Positions 1-13,800 of a stretch of 64,000 nucleotides of DNA are shown in pieces; position 1 is the first letter of the stretch; each line of letters opens with the position of its first letter. The notes under the pieces are model-generated. The model did no database searches, had not been told where the DNA came from, and saw only the letters and a program-made list of their open reading frames with translations. Origin of the DNA: Octopus bimaculoides (Eukaryota); the NCBI RefSeq assembly GCF_001194135.2, contig NC_068988.1, positions 89,491,744 to 89,555,743 of the forward strand, read 5' to 3'. A program made the translations under genes and the position numbers.

Positions 1-169
1 ATACGCTTAAACACACATATATACCGTAGACTTAAACTTACTCTAATACTCTGAGGCGAATTTAAGTTTGAAGTATTAGATATTAGTTCTGTGATACACA
101 TACATGCATGCATACATGTATGCATGCATGTATGTGTTTATGTATGTGTTTTACGGCGACTTTCTAACG

Positions 170-560
170 GATGCTGTCGGCCATAAAGCAATTTTTCTCA
201 TCAGTTATGCAGATGATACAAAAGTTTCAGTGGCGTGAACAACACAGTTATCATACTAAAATTGGAGAAAGATCTGAATACAGTGTACAAGTGGGCTTAT
301 GAATATAAAATGCAGTTCAAATCTGAGAATTTCAAGCACTCAATTACTGGCCCACAGAATACATACGGAATACACATGATGCAGGCATATTGCAATGCCA
401 GAGGGAGAGTCGGTATGTGATCAGGGAATCCAATCCACATGCATAATGTTGCAACATTCCATGTGCATATTACCAGTACGTCAAAACTGTGCAGGCTAAC
501 AGCTGAATGGATTGTGAGGTCATACAGAGCCAAGAGGAAGGATATCATGTTACCTCAGCA
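170..560 (+). mobile_element. Decayed CR1/Jockey-group LINE reverse-transcriptase C-terminal fragment
   Basis: TAT GCA GAT GAT ACA AAA at 206-223 = YADDTK. After a frameshift: LEKDLNTVYKWAYEYKMQFKSENFK, then VCDQGI and TFHVHITSTSKLCRLTAEWIVRSY, the usual post-YADD RT/thumb motif order. Confidence 0.75.
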
Positions 561-850
561 TTCCTAACTTTTGATCCCTTGAATACCATTCCAGACCCCT
601 ACATAGAAAGCATATATAAGAAGAGACTTTAACGAAATATCAAACATATACTCAACACCGCACAGAATATGAGATCAATCTGTTTTCCATTTCCTCATCT
701 TTGACTTTGAATTTTTAACTTTTGATAAGATGGACTTCCACATGAAAATATATATTGAAATACCTATTTTACCCGATGAAAGGGGAAAAAAGTTAAAAGA
801 TCTTTAAGCATACTTCAATGCAGTGATTACCTGTGCTTATATATATGTAT

Positions 851-1346
851 GTGGAGGCGCAATGGCCCAGTGGTTAGGGCAGCGGACTTGCGGTCATCGG
901 ATCGCGGTTTCGATTCCCAGACCGGGCGCTGTGAGTGTTTATTGAGCGAAAACACCTAAAGCTCCACGAGACTCCGGCAGGGGTTGGAAGCGAACCCTGC
1001 TGTACTCTTCCACCACAACTNNNNNNNNNNGGGGTGTTGTGAGTGTTTATTGAGCGAAAACACCTAAAGCTCCACGAGGCTCCGGCAGGGGTTGGAAGCG
1101 AACCCTGCTGTACTCTTCCACCACAACTTTCTCTCACTCTTACTTCCTGTTTCTGTTGTGCCTGTAATTCAAAGGGTCAGCCTTGTCACACTGTGTTACG
1201 CTGAATATCCCCGAGAACTACGTTAAGGGTACACGTGTGTGTGGAGTGCTCAGCCACTTGCACGTTAATTTCACGAGCAGGCTGTTTCGTTGATCGGATC
1301 AACTGGAAACCTCGACGTCGCAAGCGACGGAGTGCTATCGACAACA
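851..1346 (+). mobile_element. tRNA-derived SINE (family E) with 12-bp TSD; internal duplication across a 10-N gap
   Basis: A-box TGGCCCAGTGG, B-box-like GGTTTCGATTCC, short CAA tail. ATATATATGTAT at 839-850 and 1346-1357. Close paralogue at 11806-12197. Confidence 0.9.
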
Positions 1347-2833
1347 TATATATGTATACCTATTTGCTAATCTAAACATTGTTAGTTAAAAACACTCTTA
1401 AATTCTAGGAATGGTAGTTGAATTGGTTTGCTATTTTGTTCTATATCAAATTGGAAATGTAAAGAAAGTGGGACGGATAACATATTAAAAATACATAAAG
1501 ACGGTTAGGCATCTTATTAAAATGAAAATCTACGTAAAATGGAGGAGCACACCATGTTTCTTTACTATAGAATTGAGCATGGGATTTGTTAAAATTCTAG
1601 AAGGTTTGAAGAAAATTTAATGGAGAAAAAAATGGATGGAGAAATAGGTTGATGACACAATCAAAACAATAATAAATGTTTATGAAGAAATGAATACATT
1701 AAAAAAAATAAGCGTTAGCACGTGTATACTTTTAGTTATATACAGTATCTACGGTGCTATAATTGTGGCAATTATAATTGATATCATTACAATTATCTTT
1801 ATATCCCACAGCAGTAACAGAAGTAGCAATAACAGCAGCATCTCCATAAAACAGTTGGAAATATTAAATCATTTAATTAAGAATAGCTACAGAAATTAAA
1901 ACTAGTAAAGAGGCGAACATTTGAATTAGTTTCAAGTATTAAAACGTGATAAATATTTGAATAAGGATTAGTTCAAATAATAGATAATGCTTATGAATGG
2001 CAAGTTTAAAATCATTTTAGAGAAAATGTTTCGGTATAACTCTTTCTAGGTAATATCATTAAATCAATGATATATTTCAAGGATTAAGATATTGAAACAG
2101 CTGAAAGCAGTGATATATCGTTATACAAATTTAGTTTTGTATTTGTTTATGTAATTCAAGTATTTCTCTTAGAGTTAATCTACGAAAACGCTTGTAAATT
2201 ACACATTTAAATTTAATATAAATTACTTTTATAATTAAAATATATACATTTTACGCGGTTAGAGATCAACAGTCAAATGTGTGAAATAAGCTTAATTTCA
2301 TAATGCTGCGTTGAACAGACGTATGAATATAAGAGGATGAAAGGAATATGTACAGGATTAATGCATTATATTACTAAATTATTTATTAAGTGTAATATAA
2401 ACAGAAGGAAATGTTGTTAAATTCTGTACATTTTCCTTTAGCTTTATAATGATTCTCTGATAATCTTAAACAGAAGACCTTGTTTTGTGACCTGGTAGCT
2501 ACGATAATAGCAATATTGTTGTGTGAAACAACTGAGGCCGATTTACTCTACAAGTCAGAAAATATCTGCTGTTATATCATTATTTCAATGAGAATGAAGA
2601 AATACAAAACACTACAGAGCCTTAATTATACATTTTAAGACCTCCAGCTGACGTCACGACTATGCGGGATTTTACAAATGATGATATGAAAAATCACCTT
2701 TACTCTGAAAGAGCGACTCTAGACACGAGTTCTCATTACTAACTCAAAATAGTACTCGCAATCGTCATGTACCCCGGTGTGCTACCGATTCTGGGAAATC
2801 GACTTCTTGATAAAACTAATAACTATTTCTGCT

Positions 2834-3978
2834 ATAGGCAGAAAATTGAGCGAGGGCTTTAGTTGATTATATCAACCCTAGTGCTCAACTGATACATTTG
2901 TATTGACCCCGAAATGTTGAAAGGCAAAGTCGGCCTAGGCAGCATTTGAAATGAGGTCGTAAACACGGAAGGAATGTCACTAAGCATTTAGTTCAGCGTT
3001 CTAACGATTCGTCCTGCTCCCTGCGTTAATAAAAATAATGATAATTCTTTCTTCTATAGGCATCAGGCTTGATATTTTGTGGGAGTAGCCAACTGAATTA
3101 CATCGACCTTACTACTAAACTGGTATTTATTTAATCTATCTCGAAATGATAAAAGGCAAAGCCAACCTCGGCTTCAGTTGGATTCAGAACGTAAAGACGG
3201 ACGGAATGCTGTTAAGTATTTAATCCGGTATCGTATCGATACTGATAGCTCGACTTCTTAATAATAATTCATTCTTCTGGAATAAGGAAGTCTGAAATTT
3301 GGGGAAGAGGGCAAGTCGATTACACCGTCGACATTGGCAGTATTCGAGCTCATAACGTAGCGACGGCCAAAATACCACTAAGCATTGCATCCAATGTGCA
3401 AAATATTGTGCCAACTCGGCGCCTTCTTAATAATAATAATAATGATGATGATCCATTATAGGCAGAAACCCTGAAATTGTGGAAGAGGGGACAAAATCGA
3501 TTAAATCAAGCCCAGTGTTACTTAATATATCGATCTCGAAAGGATGAAGGTAAAGTTACCCTCGGCGGAATTTGAACTCAAAACTTAGCGACACTCGAAA
3601 TACCGCTAAGTATTTCACCCGGCGTGCTAACGATTCTGCCAGCTCACCGCCTGAAGAAGAAGAAGAAGAAGAAGAAGAAGAAGAAGAAGAAGAAGAAGAA
3701 GAAGAAGAAGAAGAAGAACAACAACAACAACAACAACAACAACAGCAACAACAACAACAACAACAACAACAATTCCTTCCCCTGTAGGTAGAAGGCCTGA
3801 AATTTGGGGGAGGGGACTAGTCTATTACATCAACCCGACTGATACTTAATTTATCGACACCCGAAAGAATGAAAGGCAAATCGACCGCGGCAGAATTTGA
3901 ACTCAGAACGTAGCTATAATCGAATTACCGATTAGATTTTCGCCAGGCGTGCTAACGATTCTGCTAGCTCGCCGCCTT
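2834..3978 (-). mobile_element. Head-to-tail stack of five family-A tRNA-derived SINE copies
   Basis: Five reverse-strand matches to the well-preserved copy at 41883-42098 (approx. 2834-3025, 3056-3260, 3285-3428, 3457-3652, 3784-3978), separated by AAT, GAA or CAA repeats. Confidence 0.85.
3653..3770. repeat. Compound (GAA)n(CAA)n microsatellite
   Basis: Direct reading. Confidence 0.98.
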
Positions 3979-4239
3979 AATAATAACATTGATGATAATA
4001 ACAATAACAATGATAATAATAATAATAATAATAATAGTTTATAATCATTACATAACACACGCATGTGTCTTAAATTGGCAATAAAATCTTTCGGTTATTT
4101 ACTAGCGTTAGAATCAAACATTCGACGCATATATACGGTCTGAACGAAAGCCTCTCCCATTACACGCTCATACACGTACTCACACACACTCATGGATGCA
4201 TATGTACATACTTCTAACATGCTTACACAGACAGCAACA

Positions 4240-4362
<123 letters not shown>

Positions 4363-4883
4363 GCATACACACACATATTGAATGTGACGTGGTCAGGAAA
4401 CCTTATGTATATTGCATAATTATTTACTCAGCTTCGCTATAATTGGACTAATTAATGGCTTAATTAATGTGCTACTGTAATAACAATTATTAATTCTCAT
4501 TAACGTTCTACATGAATATGTAAAGATGGCCAGATATGATGAGATTACATGGAATCTTGATCAGAATTAAAGACATACCGTGGTGGAGATAAGAAAGAAA
4601 TGATGATTTGTAGAGATATATTAGTGTTAGTTGGACAGAGATGATATAATGATGAAACAAATATTTGTCATAAATATACATTACATATAATTTGCACAAA
4701 TGTGTGTCTATAATTTGCCAGGTATAAAACCATAATATTACATCGCCCTTGCGTTAAGCGCGTGTATAGTTCATTATATGTATGACATATGTAAGGTAAA
4801 CGGAAATTACAGATCATAACTTCAAAGTTTCCTGTGAAGAAATTTATAAGCGAATGTATTAAATAACTAATTACAGAAGGTGT

Positions 4884-5095
4884 GATGGTGTCGAGATAGC
4901 AGAACCGTTAGCTCGTCAAACAAAATGCCTAGCTGCGTTTCTTCCGACTGGTAATGTTCTGAGTTGAAATACTGCCGAGGTCGACTTAGCCTTTCAAATA
5001 ATCGGAGTCGATGAAATAATCAGCAGTCGGAAACTGGGGTCGATGTAATCAACCGTCTTCTTTTTCTCTTAAAACTGCTGAACTTGTGCCAAAAT
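4884..5095 (+). mobile_element. Family-A SINE copy
   Basis: GCAGAACCGTTAGC head; GTTCTGAGTTGAAATACTGCCGAGGTCGACTTAGCCTTTCA; CTGGGGTCGATGTAATC. Confidence 0.8.
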
Positions 5096-7299
5096 AAATA
5101 AAAGAACTATATAGGGTGAGGCCAAAATATTTCTCACATTTAACATGTTGAGACATGTTTCAACAGCAAATGCATATTTTGTATCTATTCAAATCCCGAT
5201 GGTGTCTAGAAAGTATTGGGTGGTCGTTAGAAAAGAGGAACATTTGAAGGCAAAACTAACAAGCATAAATTAGATCATCAATAAAATCTGTGATAGGTGG
5301 TTTCTGATTCGTTGTTTCTGTTATTGAATGAGCGTGTAATGAGAACAAGTGAAATTGTTTATTGTTTACCTCAAATAAATCTTGTGGAAATATTGTGTAT
5401 GGTTTACTTCCAATAGATCTAGTGAAAATATAAAACGGCAATTAACGAATTTTTAGCTTTTCTGGTAACCCCTAGTATCGTAATTTCATGCTTAATTTTA
5501 TAATCGCCACAGAAATGGCCATGTAAAAATGGGTAGTTCTTGGTTTTGCTGCCGCACATTATATAAACAGTTTCATACGAAATTTATATATACGTTAGAG
5601 GCAGTATGAACGAATGTTTAAGAAGTGACCTTCATAGCAACAAGATCTTGGATTTGTTCCACTGCGTTGCAAATTGATCAAGAATTATTTTCTATAACCT
5701 TGACAAAACCTTTACGTTGTGGGTGAACTGTATAGACAAAAATTGCACTGTATGTCATTAGATAGATTTTGACTATAAATAAATGATACAACCTTGCGAA
5801 AATCTGTATGTGGTTGATTTTGTTTAAGAATTAGATTACGGGTACATGTGTTTGTGGAATGATTCCCCCACACCCACACACACCGCCGCTTATAGGCTAC
5901 TGCTACAAGTAGTAAATTCAGTTGATAGGACATCTGAATAACCATTGTCGAACAATGGAGATCCATCAGTCAACAATATGTTATATATATGACAAACACC
6001 GGCATATATAATTATTCAATCTCATTTTATCTCTAATACATTTGTCGCAATTATATATCTCCTAGGTTACACTACGTTTAGTTTCTCGTTAACTCTAATC
6101 AAACTTGGAAATAATTGCACCATTTTTAGTCATCTTTATACATTCATGTACAACGCTATTAAGTATTAATCATTGTTATCATAGCTATACTTTAATTAAA
6201 CCTTTAATTAAACCATTAATTGTATGTAACCTCGCAAAATAATTATTCAATACGTGTAATATTTCCTAGACACATCACATTTAATGTGCGTCGATGTGTA
6301 TGTGCGTTTGTGTAGAAGAGAGGCAGAGCAGGAGGTAAGAGAGGAGGAGTGAGAGTGTATGAGCGGGGTGGTGGATGTTATTTCTATTCGTTAACTCTAC
6401 GATGCTAACCGACGAAAGGAATAACTGAAATATTTTATCACCAACATTAGAGACAAGACTAGACAATGTGATTGCTATACAAGGCGTGATTTAGTATTCA
6501 TAAACAATGTTTTATTATTGGATGAGTAGAATTGTGAGTGTGCCGAAGAAAATGTCGTGCAGCATTGTATCGGATTTGGTACGTCCTGAGTTCAAATATC
6601 GCCGAGGACATCTATGTTTTACTGCTCTCAAAAATTGCTAAAGTAAAAGTATCAATTAAGTATTACGTTCAGGTTTATTCAGAAAACACTCTTCTCAAAT
6701 TTTTGGTGGTCGGTCAATGAGCGAAATTAGAAATTATTATTGCTTTTGCTGTTGTTTTTGTTCTTGGACAGACATGATTTCGAAACTCGTGAGTTATTTA
6801 ATGTTGATTCTGTTGCTTTCAACAACTTTCTTTTATATTTTTGCCCCTTTGCGGAGGAATGTGTGTGTTCTACAGTCCACTCATAAACAAGAAATCAAAG
6901 TATTGTATCGACTTTCACCAGCAACCGGAAAAACACCTTTAACTTCAAGAACAACAACAGCAACTTGAAATGCGGAACTTACAACAAAAACAGCAACAGT
7001 AACAATGCATGCAACAGAAGATACACTACAGCTACGGACCCCAACATTGCAGACAACAGCAAGAGTCCTGCACCTCATTCACAAAAATATCAAGGATGGT
7101 GTATTTACAAAATTAATGGAGCGCCGACAAAGTATCTTATGGTATTTGTTCTTACAATTTAAGTTTAAATCCCGCCGTCAAAGTTGACTTTCATAATTTA
7201 GGTGCTGATAAAACGATCTAACAAGCAATTCCTGCAGTCGATAGTATTGTCTACTGGTCTCCCCCAGAAATGCTGGCCAACGTTTGAAACCACGACGGG

Positions 7300-7465
7300 A
7301 ACGAGGTAGAATTGTTTCAACGTCTAAAAGTACCTTGCGGCATTCCTTTCGTTTTATTATGTTCTTAGTTCAAATTCCACCGTAGACGGCTTTGATTTTA
7401 AACCCTCGGGGCTCGCGAAAATGTAGTACCTGTCAAATAACGGGGATTGATACTATCAAACAGCC
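7300..7465 (+). mobile_element. Degenerate family-A SINE
   Basis: GTTCTTAGTTCAAATTCCACCG...CGGGGCTCG...GTACC similarity. Confidence 0.55.
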
Positions 7466-9062
7466 CATTCCGCTCGAAGTTTCTAGTCTTCTTCAAAAAT
7501 TTTAGGCTATTATTATTATTAGGATTAAAAGAAAAAATAAGATAGATTTCTTGAAATGCAACTATAGTTATATAATTCTGCTTTGAATTTTAACTTGCTG
7601 AGGTAAGTAAAATAAGGCATATATTGCCTTCTGAAATCGTTTGTAATGCACCTCAAATTATTTGCTCATATGAGTAGTCGTTAAACATCCGCATTACAGC
7701 TTGTGGTTGGCAAAAGTAATGCTTTTGCAAATCCAATAGGTAGCTCGTTCAAAGCCAACAAGAAGTGTTTACGAAAGAATATATCGATATCGTTAATATT
7801 TAAAAAATATAGACAAATTGTTTCACGAACGTAATATATTTGAACTGTGCCGTTTGTGCAAGCGTGTCGTTAAAATTGTTTACATTATTTCCCAACAAAA
7901 TGCATATTCTTTTTACCTTTCCGTCATTGAAATGGAATTATATATGTTTACTCAATTGAAAGCAATGCAAACTCGAAGCTTAAAGTGGATAGTATTTGGA
8001 GATCGATGAACGAAGAAAACATATTTTTTTACCACGGAATATATCTACACAAGATAAATCATTAAGATACCTCCATTAAGTTTTCAAACAGCAATTCAGT
8101 TTCCATATAACCGCAAAGTAATATTTAGTAGAGCCTTAACCGACATGCGGCTCTGTTTTGTAATTTTCCTTCCTACATACTTTTATGTAATCTCACACTA
8201 TCATCTTGTACCATTCCCAACATACATTATATAGCAAACACTTTTACCGCCTGTCCAGGATTGTGCCATTTGGCCAAATATTCACTGTTAATCAGGAACG
8301 AGCGGCATCAGATGCAGTCTAATAACTCCTTGTGGAAATCCCGTGAAGCCTGACATGTTGAGTTCAATAGTCTGTTATAGACTTCAAGTGCATGGATTGT
8401 TTTCCTGCAATTCTTTTGTTGTCCCATTTGTCGATTAAAAAACATTCGTAATGGAGCAAAACTTAACTGCGGAATCGAAACGGAATTTTCCTTCGAACTG
8501 CTGTATCCGAGTCTCCTTGTCCCGAACTAATTTTGGAAGGCACCAGTGAGCCTGTAGTTGATATGAACAGATTTTCGTACAAAGCCACTTCCTGCGAGCT
8601 ATACTATTACAAAAACCAACACCACTACATTCGAAGAAACCATCCTCACCCACTCGGAATGACAATGGAAACATAGATCAAAATCCCTGAAATATTTTGG
8701 TGTTGCTAAGCATATGTCGTCGGATGGTCGTAACATAATCACAGCAACACAGTGTTAACCGATGTAAAACAAGTCATGCGAACTTTTCGATCTTGCACCT
8801 ATCTTTGTGCATCTTATCTAAGCTCGTCCATTCATCAGCTTAGCTATCATTAGATAGTGAGTGGCAATAGTATCTGAGAAGGACGGAGGAAATAATAAAT
8901 TCTGAATGAATAATGTATGTACATGTATATATGTGCGCGTATATATATNNNNNNNNNNNNNNNNNNNNNNNNNNNNNNNNNNNNNNNNNNNNNNNNNNNN
9001 NNNNNNNNNNNNNNNNNNNNNNNNNNNNNNNNNNNNNNNNNNNNNNNNNNNNNNNNNNNNNN

Positions 9063-9102
<40 letters not shown>

Positions 9103-9239
9103 TATAAGCGCGTATGTGTGTGTATGTGTGCAGAAATAGATATGGAGAGAGAGAGAAGGAGAGAGAGAGAGGAGAGAGTACGTTGTTGCTCTGATCGGTC
9201 TTTGAATATGCATACTGCCTAACACCTTTAATAAAAATA

Positions 9240-9285
9240 TATGTAGTTTTTCGGTTGCCAGAGCAACTAGCCTCTTCAGTGGCAA
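9240..9285 (-). ncRNA. Decayed hammerhead-ribozyme-like core
   Basis: Minus strand reads CTGAAGA-GG-cta-GTTGC-tctg-GCAAC-C-GAAA. Helices I and III are not resolvable. Confidence 0.3.
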
Positions 9286-9327
9286 GAGAACAAAAAGCAG
9301 GAAGATGTGGGAAGAGGAAGAAAACCA

Positions 9328-9370
<43 letters not shown>

Positions 9371-9878
9371 TGCACAAATAAGATTAACAACTACAAAATA
9401 ATAACAGCTAGAGAAGATCAATACGAATAGCAATAACAGAGAGAAATTCTAAACAAAAATCAACAAAATCAGTAGGATCAAAGACATATACTTTATTAGC
9501 CACAGGTAAAACAACTGCAATTGTAACACTGTACAGATGATGATGGCGGTGTTCGTGGTGGGGACGAGCAGGTCCTTGTCGTTTAACCCCAGGTGAAACT
9601 CTGATTCAGCACATCTATGATAAAAGACATTCTCACAATGATCGAGTAATTTTTTTTTTCTTTTTTGTGCAGTTCTATCATGTCTTCGGCATTATGTTGT
9701 AATATTCCCTTGTGTTTGAGTGTTCGTTTACTACCTTTCCCCAATCCAAGGTTCGACATAGCCCTCCATATCCTACACCATTTTCCGTCCTCTCTCCTCA
9801 CTTTATAGTGTCATTTCAATTGCTTCATTATATACTCGCCTATGACTAGAGGCAACAACACCCCTCCCTCTCTCTCTT

Positions 9879-9921
<43 letters not shown>

Positions 9922-10030
9922 NNNNNNNNNNNNNNNNNNNNNNNNNNNNNNNNNNNNNNNNNNNNNNNNNNNNNNNNNNNNNNNNNNNNNNNNNNNNNNN
10001 NNNNNNNNNNNNNNNNNNNNNNNNNNNNNN

Positions 10031-10061
<31 letters not shown>

Positions 10062-10098
10062 GTCTCTCTTACTCTCTATCATTCTCTTGCCTCTGTTA

Positions 10099-10161
10099 CA
10101 CAAGCGTAGCTAGAGTGTGTGCCGCCCGGGGCGGACAGTATCCCTCCGAGCTACGCTAGCG
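10099..10161. mobile_element. 63-bp MITE with 8-bp TSD (hAT-like non-autonomous DNA transposon)
   Basis: Ends CACAAGCGTAGCT / AGCTACGCTAGCG are inverted repeats. Perfect CTCTGTTA duplication at 10091-10098 and 10162-10169. Confidence 0.8.
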
Positions 10162-11530
10162 CTCTGTTATTCACTGTCTTCCTCATAAATCAGAAGAACG
10201 ATGAGGACCTACGATCCTATATGCAATTCACACACCTCTGCAATGCTATTAATATTCCAATACCACTCTATGGAAGCACTGGTCCTTATGGCGGCAATAA
10301 GTAGTTTATTCAGATTACAGAATTTAGCATGCATAATGTGGGGTTTCTTTCCCATTACAAGACAAAAAACTGTGATGAAGAATTTGTATCTTACTTCTTG
10401 AAGATCGAGTGATTGCACGACTCGATACGTTGATAGTGTCTTTGTTGATGTTCTTGCTATTGGTGGTGAGAATAACAGTGGTAATAGAAATGATGCTGAT
10501 AATGATCATATGGAAAGTGATGGAGATTGTATTGATGAATAACAGGATCATTATTTTAACGGCGCCGATAATGATGGTGATGATAACGGTGACGATGACA
10601 GCGTCTAAATAGAAGAACTGGAATAGAAAGTCTAAGAAATTGACAACAGCAACTAAAACGAAGAGGAATAGGAAAAACAAATGTAGCAACAGGAGGGCGC
10701 CAATAACAGACGTACCAACAACGGCTTAACGTTAATAACAAATATATTGAGTGAGAATTATTATTCGTTTCTCCCGAAAGATATGTTTTAATTAGCTTCT
10801 GTCTAATTATTTTAATTATTTCAATATTATGTGATGCTTCGATATATGCTAGTTGCTATTCTTTAGTTACGGTTTCATTTCGGATAACTTCCTCCCTATC
10901 TTTCAAATTTGTCTATCAACACATGGCATCACATATATTAATTAGTATGCTGTGTTTCACTAGTATTACAGTTAACGTGGACTAATGAAGTAATTGTCTC
11001 CTTACTTCCAGGAAACCCTGCTATCTGTATGACTCACATCCCTCTATTTCTTATTGCTGTCTGTATTTAGCGTATACACGTATACAGTGACACGTTCAGC
11101 CAAGTATCCATTGCTGTTGTCAAGTAAAAATGAACTGATTTTATTTTCCCCCGAAATAGCAGACAATCGGATACATATCACTCACTTATTGAGATGCTCA
11201 GATAAGCTGTATATTATTTTGGGGAAAAAATTTCCAATTTGTTTCTTATATTTCAGTAAATAATATGTACCGAGACATTCACAGAACGTAATTTGAAATA
11301 AATCCAGGAGATCCTAACCACTAGGCATCATGGCAAGACGAGATGACTAACAGTATTTTGCGATGGTATTTAAGATGTTCTTTACAGTAATATTTTCAAA
11401 GGAATTACTGAGAACAAAATTCTACTAAATCATTCTAATTTAGAAAATGCATTAACTTTCTCTGTATCATTTCTTACATATGTGATAGCATCTATTGAAT
11501 CATCTTTTTACAAACTGTCTTTACAATTCT

Positions 11531-11745
11531 GTGGAGGCAGGTGGCTTATGGTAAGGTGTTGGACTCACATTCGTAAGATCGTTGTTTCGAATCCTGAACC
11601 GGACAATGTATTGCATTATTGTACAACTCACTCCATTTCGCCTAGCTGGCAAAAGTGAGAAATCCTGCGACGGACCGGCGTCCCGTTCAGGTGGGTAAAA
11701 TATTCACCATGGAAACGGAGAAAGAGGCCCTATGATTTTATATGA
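11531..11745 (+). mobile_element. Degenerate tRNA-derived SINE (CORE-like type)
   Basis: GTGGAGGCAGGTGGCTTATGGT head, GTTTCGAATCC B-box. Tail CCTGCGACGGACCGGCGTCCCGTTCAGGTGGG is shared with the copy near 56220. Confidence 0.7.
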
Positions 11746-11805
11746 TTCGAGAAGCAACTTTACTTAATTTAATAGTGGTGATAGCGGTGATGGTGACGGT
11801 GGTGG

Positions 11806-12197
11806 GTGGAGGTGCAATGGCCCAGTGGTTAGGACAGTGGTCTCGCGGCCATAGGATCGCGGTTTCGATTCTCAGACCGGGCGTTGTGAGTGTTTATTGA
11901 GCAAAAACACCTAAAATCTCCACGAGGCTCCGGCAGGGAATGGTGGTGAACCCTGCTGTACTCTTTCACCACGACTTTCTCTCACTCTTATTTCCTGTTT
12001 CTGTTGTGCCTGTAATTCAAAGAGTCAGACTTGTCACACTGTGTCACGCTGAATATCCCCGAGAACTACGTTAAGGGTACATGTGTCTGTGGAGTGCTCA
12101 GCCACTTGCACGTTAATTTCACGAGCAGGCTGTTCCGTTGATCGGATCAACTGGAACCCTCGACGTTGTAAGCGACGGAGTGCCAACAACCAACAAC
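11806..12197 (+). mobile_element. tRNA-derived SINE (family E) with 12-bp TSD
   Basis: Highly similar to 851-1346. GGTGACGGTGGT at 11792-11803 and 12204-12215. Confidence 0.9.
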
Positions 12198-12199
12198 CT

Positions 12200-13800
12200 A
12201 TTCGGTGACGGTGGTAGTCGTGGTGGTGGTGGGGGGGGGGCGGNNNNNNNNNNNNNNNNNNNNNNNNNNNNNNNNNNNNNNNGTTGGTGGTGGTAATAGT
12301 GGTGAAAGAAATAGGGATATATAAGGAAGTTTGTACTTGTAGCGAAGCTGGTAGCCGTAATAGCGATGGAGATGTTAAAATTCGCGGAGGTGGTGGATGC
12401 GACGATGCTGTTGTTGATGATTACAGAGATGCTGATGATGATGATGGTGACAGTGGTGTCGTCGATGGTGATGAAGGAAGCTGCTGTAATAGTGTCGTGT
12501 TAGCCGTGATGGGGAAGGTAAAGGTGACGGTGATATCCGAGGAGGGTTGTTGGAATAGATTTGATGGAGACGATGGAGTCGGTAATTTCTTTTGATCTCT
12601 GTAGATTAAGTAGATCACGTGATAACTTACAATTGATAGTTCGACAAACTTCAAAGGAAACCAATTCTAAAGATAAGTCTTTGTCTCTAGCTTACATTTT
12701 ATACGGGTGATTTGCATGTCTCACAGTAGTAGCAGTGAAAGTAGTTCTACACAAAGGTGGTGGTGGTGGTGGTGGTGGTGGTGGTGGTGGTTTTGGTGGT
12801 GTTGGTGGTTGCTAGTAGATATGGTGGCTGGCATAAGCTGTGGTTGTTGGTGATATTGGTGGAGATAGTATTCGAGATGGCGATGGCGGTGGTTGATTTA
12901 GTGGTGGTAGCCGTGGTGACCGTTGTGGTTAATGGTTAGTGGTTATTTGTAGTGGTTAGTAGTAGTAGAGACGGTTATTGTTTGTAGTGGTGGTGGGCAG
13001 TGGCCTAAGTAGTAATGGCTACCGGTGGTGGTGGTGATGGTGTTCTTCGAAGAGGTTATTGGTACTAAGTGCGGTTGTTGATGATAGTGGTGTTAGTAGT
13101 AGTGGTGATAGCTGAGGCGGTGGTGTATTTTTGTAGCGGTTGGAGTGGTGATAGTATTGGTAATAGTTGTGGTGATTGTGGTTGGTCGTAGCGGAGATGG
13201 TTATTATTGTTAATGCTGGCTGATAGTCGTGGAAGGGGTAACAGCTATTGGGTGGCTGTCGTGGTGATGGTGGCGGTCGTTGTAGCAGTGGTGGCGGTGG
13301 GGTGGCGACGGTGGAGGCGGCACGGTGCCGGCACGGTGCCGGCCGCGATGGTGGGGAAGTGAAGAGAGGAGTATTTTTAGTGGTGGCGATGGTTTTCGCT
13401 ACTAACAGAGGTCGAGGGTGCACTGGTGGTAGCGGTAATAAAAAAAGACAAAACAAATATGTTGCTTTGCTGTTGTAATTAGTGGAGTTGATGACTGACT
13501 TGGTCGTCATCGTAGCCAGTCCACTGTTGGAGGTGCCGCTGGCGTTGGGGATGCGTATTGCGGTCACGATTGTACGTAGTGTGATGTTCTTAGTATGCTG
13601 ACATGCGAGATATTTGGCCGAAGCGGCGGCGGTGGTGACAATTGTGCTGATGTTGCTAATGATGATGATGTTAGTGATGGATACTGCAGTATTCGTGTCA
13701 AGTAGCGGTGCTGTTGCTCATTGAAATGGTAGCGGTGGAAGCGAGGTGGGGTGGCGACGGTAGTGGTTGTTGTACTACTACAACTAAAGGTTGGAACTGA
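12200..13800. repeat. Degenerate GGT/GAT/GTA trinucleotide low-complexity tract
   Basis: Runs of GGT, GTA and GAT with cryptic simplicity. The ORFs here are poly-V/T/P artefacts. Confidence 0.85.

Noticed and set aside
851-925. tRNA genes
   Set aside because: The A/B boxes belong to SINE heads with cores, tails and TSDs; no complete cloverleaf.
925-1128. Apparent ~95-bp internal duplication in the first SINE
   Set aside because: The copies flank a 10-N gap and the paralogue at 11806 has one copy; most likely a contig-overlap artefact.
3572-3787. Poly-E/poly-Q ORF
   Set aside because: It is a SINE head read into a (GAA)n(CAA)n microsatellite.
5110-5140. TATAGGGTGAGGCCAAAA resembling a Tc1/mariner TIR
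   Set aside because: No matching second TIR or transposase found.
6870-7300. Asn/Thr/Gln-rich ORFs with possible splice sites; a VYWSPPEMLA peptide
   Set aside because: Derived from degenerate CAA repeats or bounded by stops; no consistent exon frame.
13019-13567. 182-aa Thr/Pro/His-rich ORF
   Set aside because: Reverse translation of the GGT/GTA low-complexity tract.
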